Assembly (NCBI GenBank): GCA_963666275.2
Contig: CAXXOA010000001.1
Span: forward strand, 2,304,001-2,368,000
Source: Oceanispirochaeta sp.
GTDB lineage: Bacteria; Spirochaetota; Spirochaetia; DSM-2461
DNA length: 64,000 nucleotides
Direction: 5' to 3'
Shown: positions 47,387 to 57,828 of the stretch, piece by piece
How positions within the stretch are numbered: the stretch's first letter is position 1
How the letters are laid out: every line of letters starts with the position of its first letter
Made by a program: the position numbers and the translations under genes
The notes under the pieces: model-generated
The model's input: only the letters and a program-made list of their open reading frames with translations
Databases searched by the model: none
Told to the model about the DNA's origin: nothing

Positions 47387-48122
47387 TTAAAAGATCCCGC
47401 ACTTTTTTCAGATCTTCCCAGACGGGACGTTTGAGTTCGTCAAAATTCAGGACCTGATCGGGACTGAAAGTGGCCAGCACGGGTATTCCCTTCCAGGCTC
47501 CTGCCATGCCTCTGAGTTCACTGACTTTTCTGCCCGGCGCATCAAGAAAATACGCCGATGAAACAGGACCCAGAGTCAGGATTCCCGCCGGAGCAAGATC
47601 AGATACGGAGGCTTCGATACTGCCGGCGCAGCGGCTCATCTCTTCAGGAAAGGGAGGTCTGTTTCCGGGCATTCTGCACCGGGGAAAATTCATAAGGAGA
47701 ACATCTTTTTCCATATCCAGATCAATGGCAGCCATCCATTTGAGAAAGTAGTCCATCTCCTCTGCAGCCAGAGGCACATGATTCTCCTCGGCTCTGACCG
47801 AAGGGGGCCCGCAAAGGACAAGGAGTTTAGGCTTTGCCGCCCCGATAGCTGGGACAGCGGTTTTCCCCATTCTGGCCACAGGACATCTGCTGCAGGCTTC
47901 CCGTGTATCCAGGTGGACCAGTGGATGATCCGTATTGGGCCTGGGAGCAACGGGGGATTCTGATTTGCTTTGAATGTCCGGCCCTGCCGGAGGAGCGGTT
48001 TGATGCTTCGGATCCTGCCACTGGGGAGGAGAATACTCTCCCGAACGCTTTCCGAAACGGACATAGTCCTCTGCCAGGGAAAGGACTTTCCAGAACTCAG
48101 TATATAATTGTTTCTGACTCAT
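47373..48122 (-). CDS. Family-4 uracil-DNA glycosylase-like protein (catalytic motifs degenerate)
   Basis: CSRC, RCRMPGNRPP and RC Fe-S cysteines; KRPVWEDL; motif A and the HP motif are altered. Confidence 0.75.
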   Translation of the reverse strand: MSQKQLYTEFWKVLSLAEDYVRFGKRSGEYSPPQWQDPKHQTAPPAGPDIQSKSESPVAPRPNTDHPLVHLDTREACSRCPVARMGKTAVPAIGAAKPKLLVLCGPPSVRAEENHVPLAAEEMDYFLKWMAAIDLDMEKDVLLMNFPRCRMPGNRPPFPEEMSRCAGSIEASVSDLAPAGILTLGPVSSAYFLDAPGRKVSELRGMAGAWKGIPVLATFSPDQVLNFDELKRPVWEDLKKVRDLLNARN

Positions 48123-48870
48123 ATAGCACCTTATAGAGAAAAAGTCCTCTGGCCGGAGCGGAGGGCCCGGCCAGGGCTCTGTTTTTTTCCTCCAGAATCT
48201 CTTTCATTCGGGAGGGATCCGCTTTTTCCTGATCAAGCTGAAGGAACGTACCCACCAGGGTTCTGACCATCCTCCATAAAAAGGCATTCCCCGCTATCCG
48301 GAAGACGATGAACGGCCCCTCTCTCAGAAAACAGGCACTGTAAATCTGACGGGTCTTGTTTTCATTCTGATCTCTCAGAGCGGCAAACGAGGTAAAATCA
48401 TGGACACCGGTAATGACATCCGCCAGGGCATTCAGCCTGACAAGGTCCAGAGGGGGTCTCGTGAGATAACAGAAATCCCTGTAGTGAGCAGCCCCCGCAT
48501 CGGCATTGAGGATATAGTATTTATAGACCCGGCAGCGGGCGTCAAAACGGGAATGAAAATCCTGATGCACTCCAGAGCTTTTGAGAATCCTGATATCCCG
48601 GGGAAGATGGGAGTTCAGAGCGTCCCGGAAGCGTTCATCCGGAATGGATTGATGATCCGAATAGAAATTGGCCACCTGTCCGGTGGCATGGACCCCCGAG
48701 TCAGTCCTTCCCGACCCTGTCAGATTCACAGGATGATCGTGCAGAGCCTTGAGGGCCTTTTCAATCTCTCCCTGAACACTGGGCCCGTTCTTCTGAATCT
48801 GCCAGCCCTGATAGGCTGTGCCGTCATAGGATATATCCAGACGGATATTACGATTCGAATCCGATTTCAC
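48097..48870 (-). CDS. truA: tRNA pseudouridine(38-40) synthase
   Basis: YDGTAYQGWQ, GRTDSGVHA, FLWRMVR, APARGL. Confidence 0.97.
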   Translation of the reverse strand: MKSDSNRNIRLDISYDGTAYQGWQIQKNGPSVQGEIEKALKALHDHPVNLTGSGRTDSGVHATGQVANFYSDHQSIPDERFRDALNSHLPRDIRILKSSGVHQDFHSRFDARCRVYKYYILNADAGAAHYRDFCYLTRPPLDLVRLNALADVITGVHDFTSFAALRDQNENKTRQIYSACFLREGPFIVFRIAGNAFLWRMVRTLVGTFLQLDQEKADPSRMKEILEEKNRALAGPSAPARGLFLYKVLYESETIIY

Positions 48871-49711
48871 TTATCTCATCCTTGATCTCTTTGTGAAGGT
48901 CCCTTGCCAGATCCAGAAGAGCGGAGGGTTTGGATTTGGAAGATTTACCCATTCCTACAATCCGGGAAACCGTAGAGCGGGCTTTCTTGAGCTGAGCTCC
49001 TCTCCGTTCGGGGTTATTCCTCTGGCCGTATTTATACTCCAGATAACCTGCCAGGTAAAGGGCGCCGTCAAAACCGTAATTGTTATCCAGATCCGGCCCG
49101 AGATGGGAGATTCCCTCCACAGTCTCTGTGCCTTTCTGTTCCAATTCCACCACCCGGCTGTAGAAATAGGCGGCTTTCCTGTAAAAAACCTGGGCCAGGT
49201 AGTCGTAATTGCCCGATGGATCCTCTTTGTGAAAATCCATGGAGAGCCAGGCGGCCCGGATGCAGCAGAGAGCCTGCTTCATGGTGGGAGCCTGATCCTT
49301 CGGAGAAGAGTCATAACACATCATGGCCAGGATGTAGGAGGAGATGCCCTCAGCCAGTCCCCGGTTTACCTGAAAATCCAGATCGGGAAAGAGTTTTTTC
49401 ACCTCTCCCTTTCTCTGTCCTATTCTCCCTTTGAGATCCGCCAGACGCTCTCCCTGAGGTTTATCAAAATCACTGGGATAGGCTGCGTAATAGCAGGAGG
49501 GACAGACTGTCACAGGATAGAGGAGAGGATAGACAGCTCCGAATTTCGCCGTTGGTCTATACTGCCTGTGAAGTTCTTTTGTCAGATCTCCCGCGTTCAT
49601 CCTTCCCCCTCCCGAGAGAAGTTCCTCTTTGCGGAAGGTATTGTCACATACCGGGCAGGCGGTTTCCTGCTTCTGAAAGAATGTGAGTTTTACTTTTTTA
49701 TCTTCAGCCAT
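48848..49711 (-). CDS. DUF2225 domain protein
   Basis: CPVC and CPSCYYA zinc ribbon followed by TPR-like helices. Confidence 0.85.
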   Translation of the reverse strand: MAEDKKVKLTFFQKQETACPVCDNTFRKEELLSGGGRMNAGDLTKELHRQYRPTAKFGAVYPLLYPVTVCPSCYYAAYPSDFDKPQGERLADLKGRIGQRKGEVKKLFPDLDFQVNRGLAEGISSYILAMMCYDSSPKDQAPTMKQALCCIRAAWLSMDFHKEDPSGNYDYLAQVFYRKAAYFYSRVVELEQKGTETVEGISHLGPDLDNNYGFDGALYLAGYLEYKYGQRNNPERRGAQLKKARSTVSRIVGMGKSSKSKPSALLDLARDLHKEIKDEISEIGFES

Positions 49712-50087
49712 GGGATTCCCCTTCTATCAAGACCTGTGCGACAGCCAGATTTCCTTCGTGAGAGAGAGAAAGATGGACCCGCTCCCCTCCGGCCCGCTGC
49801 AGCGCTTTTAACGCGGTACCCTCCACCGCGAGATCCGGTTTTCCGTCGGCGTTTCTCTTCACCATGATGTCTTTGAGGACAATCCCGCTGAGCCCGCTGC
49901 CCAGGGCTTTGCCGAAGGCTTCCTTGGCGGCGAATCTGGCAGCCAGGGAGGGAGCGGCTCCTTTGCCCCGGTTGTTGATATATTCTACTTCTTCGGCGGA
50001 GAAAAAACGGTTCATCAGTGCCTGATCCTGCAGCCAGGATTCGATCCTTCCTATATCCACCATATCAATCCCTATTCCCAGGATCAT
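49704..50087 (-). CDS. acpS: Holo-ACP synthase
   Basis: GIGIDMV, AARFAAKEAFGKALG, LSLSHE. Confidence 0.96.
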   Translation of the reverse strand: MILGIGIDMVDIGRIESWLQDQALMNRFFSAEEVEYINNRGKGAAPSLAARFAAKEAFGKALGSGLSGIVLKDIMVKRNADGKPDLAVEGTALKALQRAGGERVHLSLSHEGNLAVAQVLIEGESHG

Positions 50088-51043
50088 GGCCGGGTCTCCC
50101 TGTTCAAATCAAAGGAAACGGAGATTTCCCGGGGAGAGTATTTGAGAACAGTGACTCCCGAAGGCACATCGGCCCTGATGGGAAGAGTATATGTTCCGGG
50201 AGTCCTTATATCCGAGCAGTCCAGAAAAAAATGAAAATCCCGGGGCCTGAGAGTTTCAAGGAGGAGCTGACTCCCCTGCATTGTCAGGGAGATCTCGGGA
50301 AGGGCATCGGTAATCACAAGGTTTTCAGCCATGTCCACCGTAATGATCGGCTGATTTGTCATTGTCTGAACAATAACAGACTCATCCACCACGCCGCGGA
50401 TCTCAACAATATCCCCTCCGGGGAAATAGACATTCTCACCCGGAGAAACCAGGCGCGTGGAGAGTGAAAAATCATCGTACCTGTTGGTCAGGTCCACCTC
50501 TTCGGTACTGATGGACTGAATCGATTCCATCTGACTCCGGGGGCCCTGAACCATGATGGTGGAGGGTGAGATAAAATACTGAACCAGTTCATACCCGTTG
50601 GGGGGAAATCCCACCATAACAGGCACAACTTCCAGGCTTTTTATAATCTTCTCCTCCTGGTAGATGGTGATCTCTTCAGGCTCTACACGGATCTCTATGG
50701 TATCTTCCGACAGGGGCAGCCGGGAATCGAAACGGATCTCCACAGGCTGCCGGAAAGTCCCCTCGGATGCGGCGTCACTGAAATTGGCCACAGCGCTTAT
50801 CTCGTTGTCCAGCACTGAGAAGATCTGTTCCTGAGACCCCCGGAGAGAGATCCTCACATTCCGGGGATAGTTTCCTGTGACCGTGAAGTTATCATCCGTC
50901 ACAATGGTCAGGGGAATGCTCAGAGACCGTTCTTCGAGAGTATTGATCTGATACATCAGGGCCAGAAGGACCGCGGCCAGAATGGAAATAATCTTTGCCA
51001 TCCAGTTATCGAAGATCGACCGGAAGAAGTGACTTCTGCTCAA
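50084..51043 (-). CDS. cdaR: CdaR/YbbR-like regulator of diadenylate cyclase
   Basis: NWMAKIISILAAVLL TM followed by YbbR repeats; directly after cdaA. Confidence 0.85.
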   Translation of the reverse strand: MSRSHFFRSIFDNWMAKIISILAAVLLALMYQINTLEERSLSIPLTIVTDDNFTVTGNYPRNVRISLRGSQEQIFSVLDNEISAVANFSDAASEGTFRQPVEIRFDSRLPLSEDTIEIRVEPEEITIYQEEKIIKSLEVVPVMVGFPPNGYELVQYFISPSTIMVQGPRSQMESIQSISTEEVDLTNRYDDFSLSTRLVSPGENVYFPGGDIVEIRGVVDESVIVQTMTNQPIITVDMAENLVITDALPEISLTMQGSQLLLETLRPRDFHFFLDCSDIRTPGTYTLPIRADVPSGVTVLKYSPREISVSFDLNRETRP

Positions 51044-51838
51044 CTATAGACCTCCTGGTTCGTCAATAGAGTCTTCACGGAGATTCAGAAGCTGCCTCAG
51101 CCTGTGCCTGACCTCTTCTGCGGAAAGAGCATAGAAGATATGGGAGTCATAGGCCAGAGAGAGGGCTCCCGTCTCTTCGGAAACCACAAGGATCACCGCA
51201 TCAGTCTCTTCGGCCAGTCCCAGGGCAGCCCTGTGGCGTGTTCCGAAACTCCTGCGGATATCGGGCTGCCGGGAAAGGGGGAGGAAACATCCCGCTGCGG
51301 CAATTCTTCCATTCTGCACCACCACAGCTCCGTCATGAAGCGGAGTATCATGTCCGAAGATCGTGATCAGCAGACTGGAGGACATATCCGCATTCAGTTT
51401 GGTTCCTGTATCTACAATATTTTTCAGTCCCACATTACGGGAAAAGACAATAAGGGCTCCCCGTCTTTTCCCCGAAAGAACCTCTCCCGCCCCAATAATG
51501 GCGTCCATCTGGAGCGTCCTGTTGCGGGACTGGATTTTAAACAGATCCCGCTGGCCGATCCGGGTGAAGATACTCCTCAGTTCGGGCTGGAAGACGATAG
51601 CCACACCGATAAAGATTCCCGGAGCCAGCATATTGAGGATCCACAGAAGTGTATTCAGCTGAAGGAGCCAGGCCGCCAGATAGACCAGGGCGAGAATGGA
51701 GGCTCCCTTGAGGAGCTGTATCGCCTGGGTCTCCTCCATAATGCTGTAGGCTTTATAGAGGAGAAACGCCAGGAGGGCTATATCGATAAAAGGACGGATA
51801 ACCTCTTCCAGTATCCAGGTATTCATCAGCCAGTCCAT
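51044..51838 (-). CDS. cdaA: Diadenylate cyclase
   Basis: Three TM, FQPELR, LHDGA and GTRHRAA catalytic motifs. Confidence 0.95.
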   Translation of the reverse strand: MDWLMNTWILEEVIRPFIDIALLAFLLYKAYSIMEETQAIQLLKGASILALVYLAAWLLQLNTLLWILNMLAPGIFIGVAIVFQPELRSIFTRIGQRDLFKIQSRNRTLQMDAIIGAGEVLSGKRRGALIVFSRNVGLKNIVDTGTKLNADMSSSLLITIFGHDTPLHDGAVVVQNGRIAAAGCFLPLSRQPDIRRSFGTRHRAALGLAEETDAVILVVSEETGALSLAYDSHIFYALSAEEVRHRLRQLLNLREDSIDEPGGL

Positions 51839-52653
51839 TGGATCTCCTTCAGAATACGCACCATGTCGACGGTTTCTCTCACATCATGGACCCGGAGTAT
51901 ATCCGCACCGTGAAGAGCACACCAGGCATTGGCAGCCAGAGAACCGATGAGCCTCTCTTCCGGAGGGGCTCCTCCCAGGATATTTCCTATAAAGGTTTTG
52001 CGGGAAAGCCCCATCAGGACGGGATACCCCTCCCTGCCGAACTCTTCAAGATGCTTCAGCAGCGCCAGGTTGTCCTCCTGCCTCTTGCCGAAACCGATGC
52101 CCGGATCCAGTATGAGATTCTCCTTTCTGACTCCTGCGGCGATGGCTTTCTCCGCAATATCCAGAAGGAAGCTTTTCACTTCCCCCACCACATCGCTGTA
52201 GACGGGGTGTTTCTGCATTTTATCGGGAGTTCCCTGCATATGCATGATACAGACGGGACACTGCCTTTCCGCAGCCAGCGAAACCATAGCCGGATCATCC
52301 CGGAGGGCGGATATATCGTTAATAATGTCGGCCCCCGCATCCAGGGCCTGTTCGGCCACAGCGCTTTTTCTTGTATCTACGGAAATCAGGATCCCCTCGG
52401 ATTCGGGGAGTGCCCGGATAGCTCTGACAACAGGAATGACCCGTTCCAGCTCTTCCTCTCTATCCACATAGGAGGACCCGGGACGGGTGGATTCTCCTCC
52501 CACATCCAGAATGACAGCCCCCTGGTGTATCATGGTCAAAGCGGTCTGAGCCGCTTCCCGGGGAAGGCTTTTCCGGCTGCCTGAGAAGAAGGAATCGGGA
52601 GTACAGTTTATAATTCCCATTACATGGGGAACAGGAGTTTTCAGTTCAATCAT
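51826..52653 (-). CDS. folP: Dihydropteroate synthase
   Basis: MGIINCTPDSF, GGESTRPG, DPGIGFGK, SRK, RVHDV. Confidence 0.97.
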   Translation of the reverse strand: MIELKTPVPHVMGIINCTPDSFFSGSRKSLPREAAQTALTMIHQGAVILDVGGESTRPGSSYVDREEELERVIPVVRAIRALPESEGILISVDTRKSAVAEQALDAGADIINDISALRDDPAMVSLAAERQCPVCIMHMQGTPDKMQKHPVYSDVVGEVKSFLLDIAEKAIAAGVRKENLILDPGIGFGKRQEDNLALLKHLEEFGREGYPVLMGLSRKTFIGNILGGAPPEERLIGSLAANAWCALHGADILRVHDVRETVDMVRILKEIQWTG

Positions 52654-52724
52654 GGTCAGTTAAAGGATACACCATACCCTATATTTTTAAAAGCAGTAGG
52701 ATTTTTCTTTTTTCGGGAGCCTGA

Positions 52725-54056
52725 TCAATCCTCCAGGATGATGATCTCTACCCGGCGGTTCATCCTGCGGCCCTGATCGGTCGCGTTATCCCCCAGAGGT
52801 TCCAGACCTCCCACACCGGAATACAGGAACCGTTCCGGATCGATCCCTCTTGAAGAGAGTTCATCCACAATGGTCTTAGCCCGCACCTGGGAGAGATCAA
52901 TCTGAGACTCCAGAGATCCTACATCGGCCGTATGGCCTTTCACAAGAAATGTTCTGTCGGGAACTTTCTGAAGGATTTCCGCCAGAGTATCGAGAAGAGG
53001 AATATCTTCTGAGAGCAGGACGGCCTGATCCGGAAGGAAATGGAGATCCTTCAGGTTCAAAGCCAGTCCTTCCGGCTTCTGCTCCACAGAGACCTGTTCC
53101 TGCCATCCCCCGGACTCACCCGGTGCTCCCAGAGCGGCAATGGAGTCCTCCAGAGAGCCGCGATCTCCCCGGGGATCCCCGGATTCAGCGGATGATCCTG
53201 CAGATTGACCCTCCTCCTGGGGAACCTCTCCTCCCAGAGCATCCGCCAGAGCGGTCTGTACCTCCCTGGAGAGTCCTGATCTGTCCAGCAGAGTAATCCC
53301 TTTATAGAAGGTCAGAAGAAACCCCTTTTCCCGCAGGGTCGTGCCGTCTGAAAAAAGGTACTCCTCCTCCATGATATCTTTCATGAGGAGAAACTCCCGG
53401 GTCTCCTGATCGATCATCAGGGCCACCACATGTTTTCCTGTCAGATTCCTGAGAAAACTGTCCGCTTCGGGAGAACGTCCGGGACGGTATCGTGCCGCGT
53501 ACTGGGCTTTGATCACATAGACTGGCCGGCCTTCCCAGCTGTCTGTCCCTTCGAAGGTATATTCACAGTAAAGGGGAAGAACCGCACGGGAACGGCCGTC
53601 AGGGGAGGTTACGACCATCTCCAGACCGGCTTCCCATTTATCTCCCGGAAACACAGGTTCTTCGGGAAAGGTGGGAAAGGAACGAAGCCTCGGCCACTGT
53701 TGGCCGGACACAAGCATAAATCCCCTGTCACTGGCTGTAAAAACGGTGTCGGCTTCGCCTTTGAGGGCCGCCGCGACTTTAAACCCGTTTTTTGAGGTCT
53801 CTTCCAGGTCATAGACACGGCCGGTGATCCTGTAAAGCCCCTCTCCCTGGGGAACCGCTTCGTAAAGGGCCCGGTTCTCCCTGTAGACATGCCCCCGGTA
53901 ACTGCCGTTGACGTACTGACTCAGATTGAATTTCTCGATGACCCTGTATTTGTCTGCCGGTTCAAATGAGAACTGAACCCCCTGCCCCTCCTGAGCCGGA
54001 AGCGGGGAGAGACAGGACAGGAGAAAAAAAAAGACTTTATGACTCTTTTTTCTCAA
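52725..54056 (-). CDS. OmpA C-terminal domain protein (exported)
   Basis: GHTAD...LSQVRA...NRRVEI peptidoglycan-binding domain; signal-like N-terminus; probable TTG start at 54056. Confidence 0.85.
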   Translation of the reverse strand: MRKKSHKVFFFLLSCLSPLPAQEGQGVQFSFEPADKYRVIEKFNLSQYVNGSYRGHVYRENRALYEAVPQGEGLYRITGRVYDLEETSKNGFKVAAALKGEADTVFTASDRGFMLVSGQQWPRLRSFPTFPEEPVFPGDKWEAGLEMVVTSPDGRSRAVLPLYCEYTFEGTDSWEGRPVYVIKAQYAARYRPGRSPEADSFLRNLTGKHVVALMIDQETREFLLMKDIMEEEYLFSDGTTLREKGFLLTFYKGITLLDRSGLSREVQTALADALGGEVPQEEGQSAGSSAESGDPRGDRGSLEDSIAALGAPGESGGWQEQVSVEQKPEGLALNLKDLHFLPDQAVLLSEDIPLLDTLAEILQKVPDRTFLVKGHTADVGSLESQIDLSQVRAKTIVDELSSRGIDPERFLYSGVGGLEPLGDNATDQGRRMNRRVEIIILED

Positions 54057-55971
54057 GAGTCGACGTTTTGATAAAACGGGCACTTGTAAATTCCTTTGGT
54101 TTAATCCGGACACCTCTGGCTTTGACGCCTTTTACAAGATAGTCTTCCACCGGGAAGGAATCCCCTCCGGTCCGGATAAGGGTCTTCTGGACAAAATCCA
54201 CCACAACGGACACATCGGTTTTCGTGGTGAAACGGACAAACTCAGCCTCTTCGGGCAGAAGATCATATACTTTATTCAGAATATACTGGGTTATTTTACA
54301 CCGTTTTATATAGGGATAGTTGTTCTCTTTATTCCTGTAGACCACAGAGAAAACAGTGGACTCCAGGGTTTCCTTGTCTGTCAGACCGCAGTAGAGAAGC
54401 CCTTTTCCGATAAATAGCTTATCCGGTACATCGATGATCTGATAGGTACAGTCCTTCCGGATAATCAGAAGTCTGTCGTACACAGAAGCATCGCACATGA
54501 CTGTCCCGGAGGAGAGATCCGAACCGAGATAACCGGTGTCTTTATTATAGCGGATCTTAAGGTTTTTCTGAGCCGCATCCCGGATATCCACTTTTTCGAT
54601 GGTCATGATCTCGGTTTTTCTCTTCTGGGATTTTTTATGCTTGGCGATAAAACCATCCAGAGTGGAGATCGCATATTCCACGATATTTTTAAGGTGTCCA
54701 CGGATTTCCTTCAGCCGTGCATTGATCTCTTCCACCTCTTTTTTCATCTTGTTGATGTCATAGAGAGAGATACGGCGGATGGGAATTTTAAGGAGTCTTT
54801 CTATATCCTCTTCCAGAATATCCCGTTTGATCTCCTTCATAAATGGAGCGAATCCGTCCCGGACAGCCAGGAAGATGGATTCGGGTGTTTTCATCTGTTC
54901 GATCCGTTTGTAAATTCTCTCTTCGATAAAAATCCTTTCCAGAGTCCGGGCATGAAGCTTATCCAGCAGCTGCCCTTCCTCCAGTTTCAGTTCCTGTTTG
55001 AGGATAACCACCAGCTGTTCCGCATGATGGCCGATAACCTCGGGAATAGTCATCACTTCGGGATTATTATCTTTTATGAGCAGAAGATTCACAGAGATGG
55101 AAACTTCGCAGTCCGTAAAGGCATAAAGTCCTTCCAGAACATCCGCTGTGTGGACTCCCCGGGGGAGCTTTATCTCGATCTCAACATGATCAGTGGTAAA
55201 ATCATTGATACTTCCGATCTTGATCTTATTTTTCCGGGCGGCATTTTCCACCGAGGCTATCAGAGACTCTGTGGTAGAACCGAAAGGGAGCTCCCTGATT
55301 GTTATCTTTTTCGGGTCTGAAGTATCCAGCCTGGCTCTGGAGAGAACCTTTCCATTCCCCTGCCTGTATTCGGAAACATCCACCAGCCCTCCCGTGGGAA
55401 AGTCGGGATACAATTCGTATGCCTCCCCTCGGAGACAGGATTTTTCCGCTTCCAGGACCTCAATCAGATTATGGGGCAGAATCCTTGTAGACATTCCCAC
55501 AGCAATTCCCTCGGCTCCCAGAATCAGGGGCATGGGGATTTTACTGGGCAGGGTGACAGGCTCTTTCCTTCTGCCGTCATAGGAGTCTTCAAACTCCGTA
55601 ATCTCCGGATTGAACAGGACCTCCCTGGCAAAAGGCAGCATCCGGCACTCAATGTACCTGGCGGCAGATGCGGGGTCTCCTGTAAAGATATTACCGAAGT
55701 TTCCCTGTTTGTCTATGAACAGTTCCTTGTTGGCAAGATTGACTAGAGCTCCGTATATGGAGGCGTCCCCATGGGGATGGTACTGCATACAGTGACCGAC
55801 CACATTGGCTACTTTGTGAAATTTCCCGTCGTCCACATCAAACAGGGACTGCAGTATCCGGCGCTGTACCGGCTTCAGACCGTCTTTCAAATGGGGAATG
55901 GCCCTGTCCTTGATAACATAGGAGGCGTACTCTATAAAATTGGTATCAAAAAGTCCGTTGATATATGCCAT
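54037..55971 (-). CDS. parC: DNA topoisomerase IV subunit A
   Basis: DGLKPVQRRIL, HPHGD, AARYIE catalytic Tyr; short C-terminal domain, no GyrA box seen. Confidence 0.88.
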   Translation of the reverse strand: MAYINGLFDTNFIEYASYVIKDRAIPHLKDGLKPVQRRILQSLFDVDDGKFHKVANVVGHCMQYHPHGDASIYGALVNLANKELFIDKQGNFGNIFTGDPASAARYIECRMLPFAREVLFNPEITEFEDSYDGRRKEPVTLPSKIPMPLILGAEGIAVGMSTRILPHNLIEVLEAEKSCLRGEAYELYPDFPTGGLVDVSEYRQGNGKVLSRARLDTSDPKKITIRELPFGSTTESLIASVENAARKNKIKIGSINDFTTDHVEIEIKLPRGVHTADVLEGLYAFTDCEVSISVNLLLIKDNNPEVMTIPEVIGHHAEQLVVILKQELKLEEGQLLDKLHARTLERIFIEERIYKRIEQMKTPESIFLAVRDGFAPFMKEIKRDILEEDIERLLKIPIRRISLYDINKMKKEVEEINARLKEIRGHLKNIVEYAISTLDGFIAKHKKSQKRKTEIMTIEKVDIRDAAQKNLKIRYNKDTGYLGSDLSSGTVMCDASVYDRLLIIRKDCTYQIIDVPDKLFIGKGLLYCGLTDKETLESTVFSVVYRNKENNYPYIKRCKITQYILNKVYDLLPEEAEFVRFTTKTDVSVVVDFVQKTLIRTGGDSFPVEDYLVKGVKARGVRIKPKEFTSARFIKTSTLEKKES

Positions 55972-57767
55972 CAGACAAGATTCTCCATAATGTATTTCCG
56001 TCTGTCCGGAGTGTTTTTACCCATGTAGAATTCCAGCAGTCCCGGAACCTCTTTCATGGATTTGATATTGACCGGGACGATCCTGATATCCTCACCGATA
56101 AACTGCCCGAACTCTTTGGGTGAAATCTCTCCCAGACCTTTAAACCGGGTCACTTCAGGCCCCCGCAGCGAGGCCATGGCTTTATCCCGCTCTTTTTCAT
56201 TATAGCAGTAAATAGTCTTCTGCTTGTTCCGGACCCGGAACAGGGGCGTTTCCAGAATATAGACATGATCGGCAAGTACAAGCTCTTCAAAATAGTTCAG
56301 GAAGAATGTCAGCAGCAGATTCCGGATATGGAATCCATCCGTATCCGCATCCGTGGCAAGAACAATCCGTTCATACCTCAGATCATCTATGGAGTTTTCT
56401 ATTCCCAGAGCCATCATGAGATTGTAAAGCTCTTCATTCCGGTAGATTTCGGTCTGCTTCTTACCAAAGGTATTCCAGGGTTTACCCCGGAGAGAATAGA
56501 TAGCCTGCAGATACACATCCCGGCAGGAGACCATAGACCCCGTTGCGGACTGTCCCTCGGTAATAAAGATGGTAGACCCCTCCCCTTTGGGACCGTCCTG
56601 CCTGTGGTACTTGCAGTCCTTCAGCTTGGGGATGTTCAATGAGATCTTCTTGGATGCGGCTTTGGCCTCTTTCTTGACAGCATTGAGTTCTTTCCGGAGT
56701 TTCTCATTGGTAATGATCTTGTTTTCCATCGCACGGGCGGCTTCCTGATTTTTATGAAGGAAGTCTACAATTCCGGCTTTCGTTTCATTCACAATCCAGC
56801 TGCGGATATCAGAGTTCCCCAGCTTGTTCTTTGTCTGGCTTTCAAAGACAGGATCTTTTATTTTAACTGCAATGGCACCTGCCATCCCCTCCCGGACATC
56901 CGTTCCGGAGTAGTTCTTCTTGAAAAAGTCGTTCACTCCTTTGAGGAGCCCTTCGCGGAAAGCGCTGAGATGAGTCCCTCCGTCGGAGGTATACTGACCG
57001 TTTACAAAGGAGAAATAGCTCTCACCGTAGGTTCTGGTGTGGGTAAAGGCGCATTCTATTTTATCATTCTGGCTATAGCCGATATCGTAGAGGGTGTCCT
57101 CACCGACCTCGGCATGGAGGAGGTCCCACAAACCTTTTTTGGATTCAAATTTCTGTTTGTTGAAGTAGAGTCGAAGCCCCTTGTTCAGACAGGCATAGTT
57201 CCAGCATCTCTGTTCCAGGAACTCGTGATTGAAGATGTATTCACCGAAGATCTCCACATCGGGAATGAACTCTACAAAGGTTCCGTTCGGTTCATCCGGA
57301 GCAGACCCCTTCTTCTCTTTGATGAGACGGCCCTGCTGGAAGTAGGCCTCCGCATACTTTCCGTCCCGGAAGGCTCTTACCAGAAAATGGGATGACAGGG
57401 CATTTACGGCTTTGGTTCCCACACCGTTAAGGCCCACACTGAACTGAAAAACATCATCGTTGTATTTGGCACCGGTGTTGATGATAGAGACACAATCGAC
57501 AATCTTGCCCAGAGGAATTCCCCGCCCCTGGTCTCTAACCTGGACTTTATTATCTTCCAGAGTTATATCAACCCGGTTTCCGAAGCCCATGATGAACTCA
57601 TCAATGGCATTGTCCACAACTTCTTTGATTAATATATATATACCGTCGTCCGGATTAGATCCGTTACCCAGACGGCCGATATACATACCTGACCTCAAAC
57701 GGATATGTTCCAGGGAACTGAGGGTTTTTATCTTACTTTCATCATAAACACTCTTTTTGGCACTCAT
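55971..57767 (-). CDS. parE: DNA topoisomerase IV subunit B
   Basis: EVVDNAIDE, GRGIP, GLNGVG, EGQSA, DADTDG, RFKGLGE; start at ATG 57767 (ORF track 57839). Confidence 0.9.
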   Translation of the reverse strand: MSAKKSVYDESKIKTLSSLEHIRLRSGMYIGRLGNGSNPDDGIYILIKEVVDNAIDEFIMGFGNRVDITLEDNKVQVRDQGRGIPLGKIVDCVSIINTGAKYNDDVFQFSVGLNGVGTKAVNALSSHFLVRAFRDGKYAEAYFQQGRLIKEKKGSAPDEPNGTFVEFIPDVEIFGEYIFNHEFLEQRCWNYACLNKGLRLYFNKQKFESKKGLWDLLHAEVGEDTLYDIGYSQNDKIECAFTHTRTYGESYFSFVNGQYTSDGGTHLSAFREGLLKGVNDFFKKNYSGTDVREGMAGAIAVKIKDPVFESQTKNKLGNSDIRSWIVNETKAGIVDFLHKNQEAARAMENKIITNEKLRKELNAVKKEAKAASKKISLNIPKLKDCKYHRQDGPKGEGSTIFITEGQSATGSMVSCRDVYLQAIYSLRGKPWNTFGKKQTEIYRNEELYNLMMALGIENSIDDLRYERIVLATDADTDGFHIRNLLLTFFLNYFEELVLADHVYILETPLFRVRNKQKTIYCYNEKERDKAMASLRGPEVTRFKGLGEISPKEFGQFIGEDIRIVPVNIKSMKEVPGLLEFYMGKNTPDRRKYIMENLV

Positions 57768-57828
57768 AGCCAGGAATGATAAAAGCTGTCCAGACTTTTG
57801 TAAAGTAGAGAGATAAATGAATGATCTT

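Noticed and set aside
50084..51838. Diadenylate cyclase as a CBASS-like defence system
   Set aside because: Ordinary cdaA-cdaR pair in a housekeeping operon.
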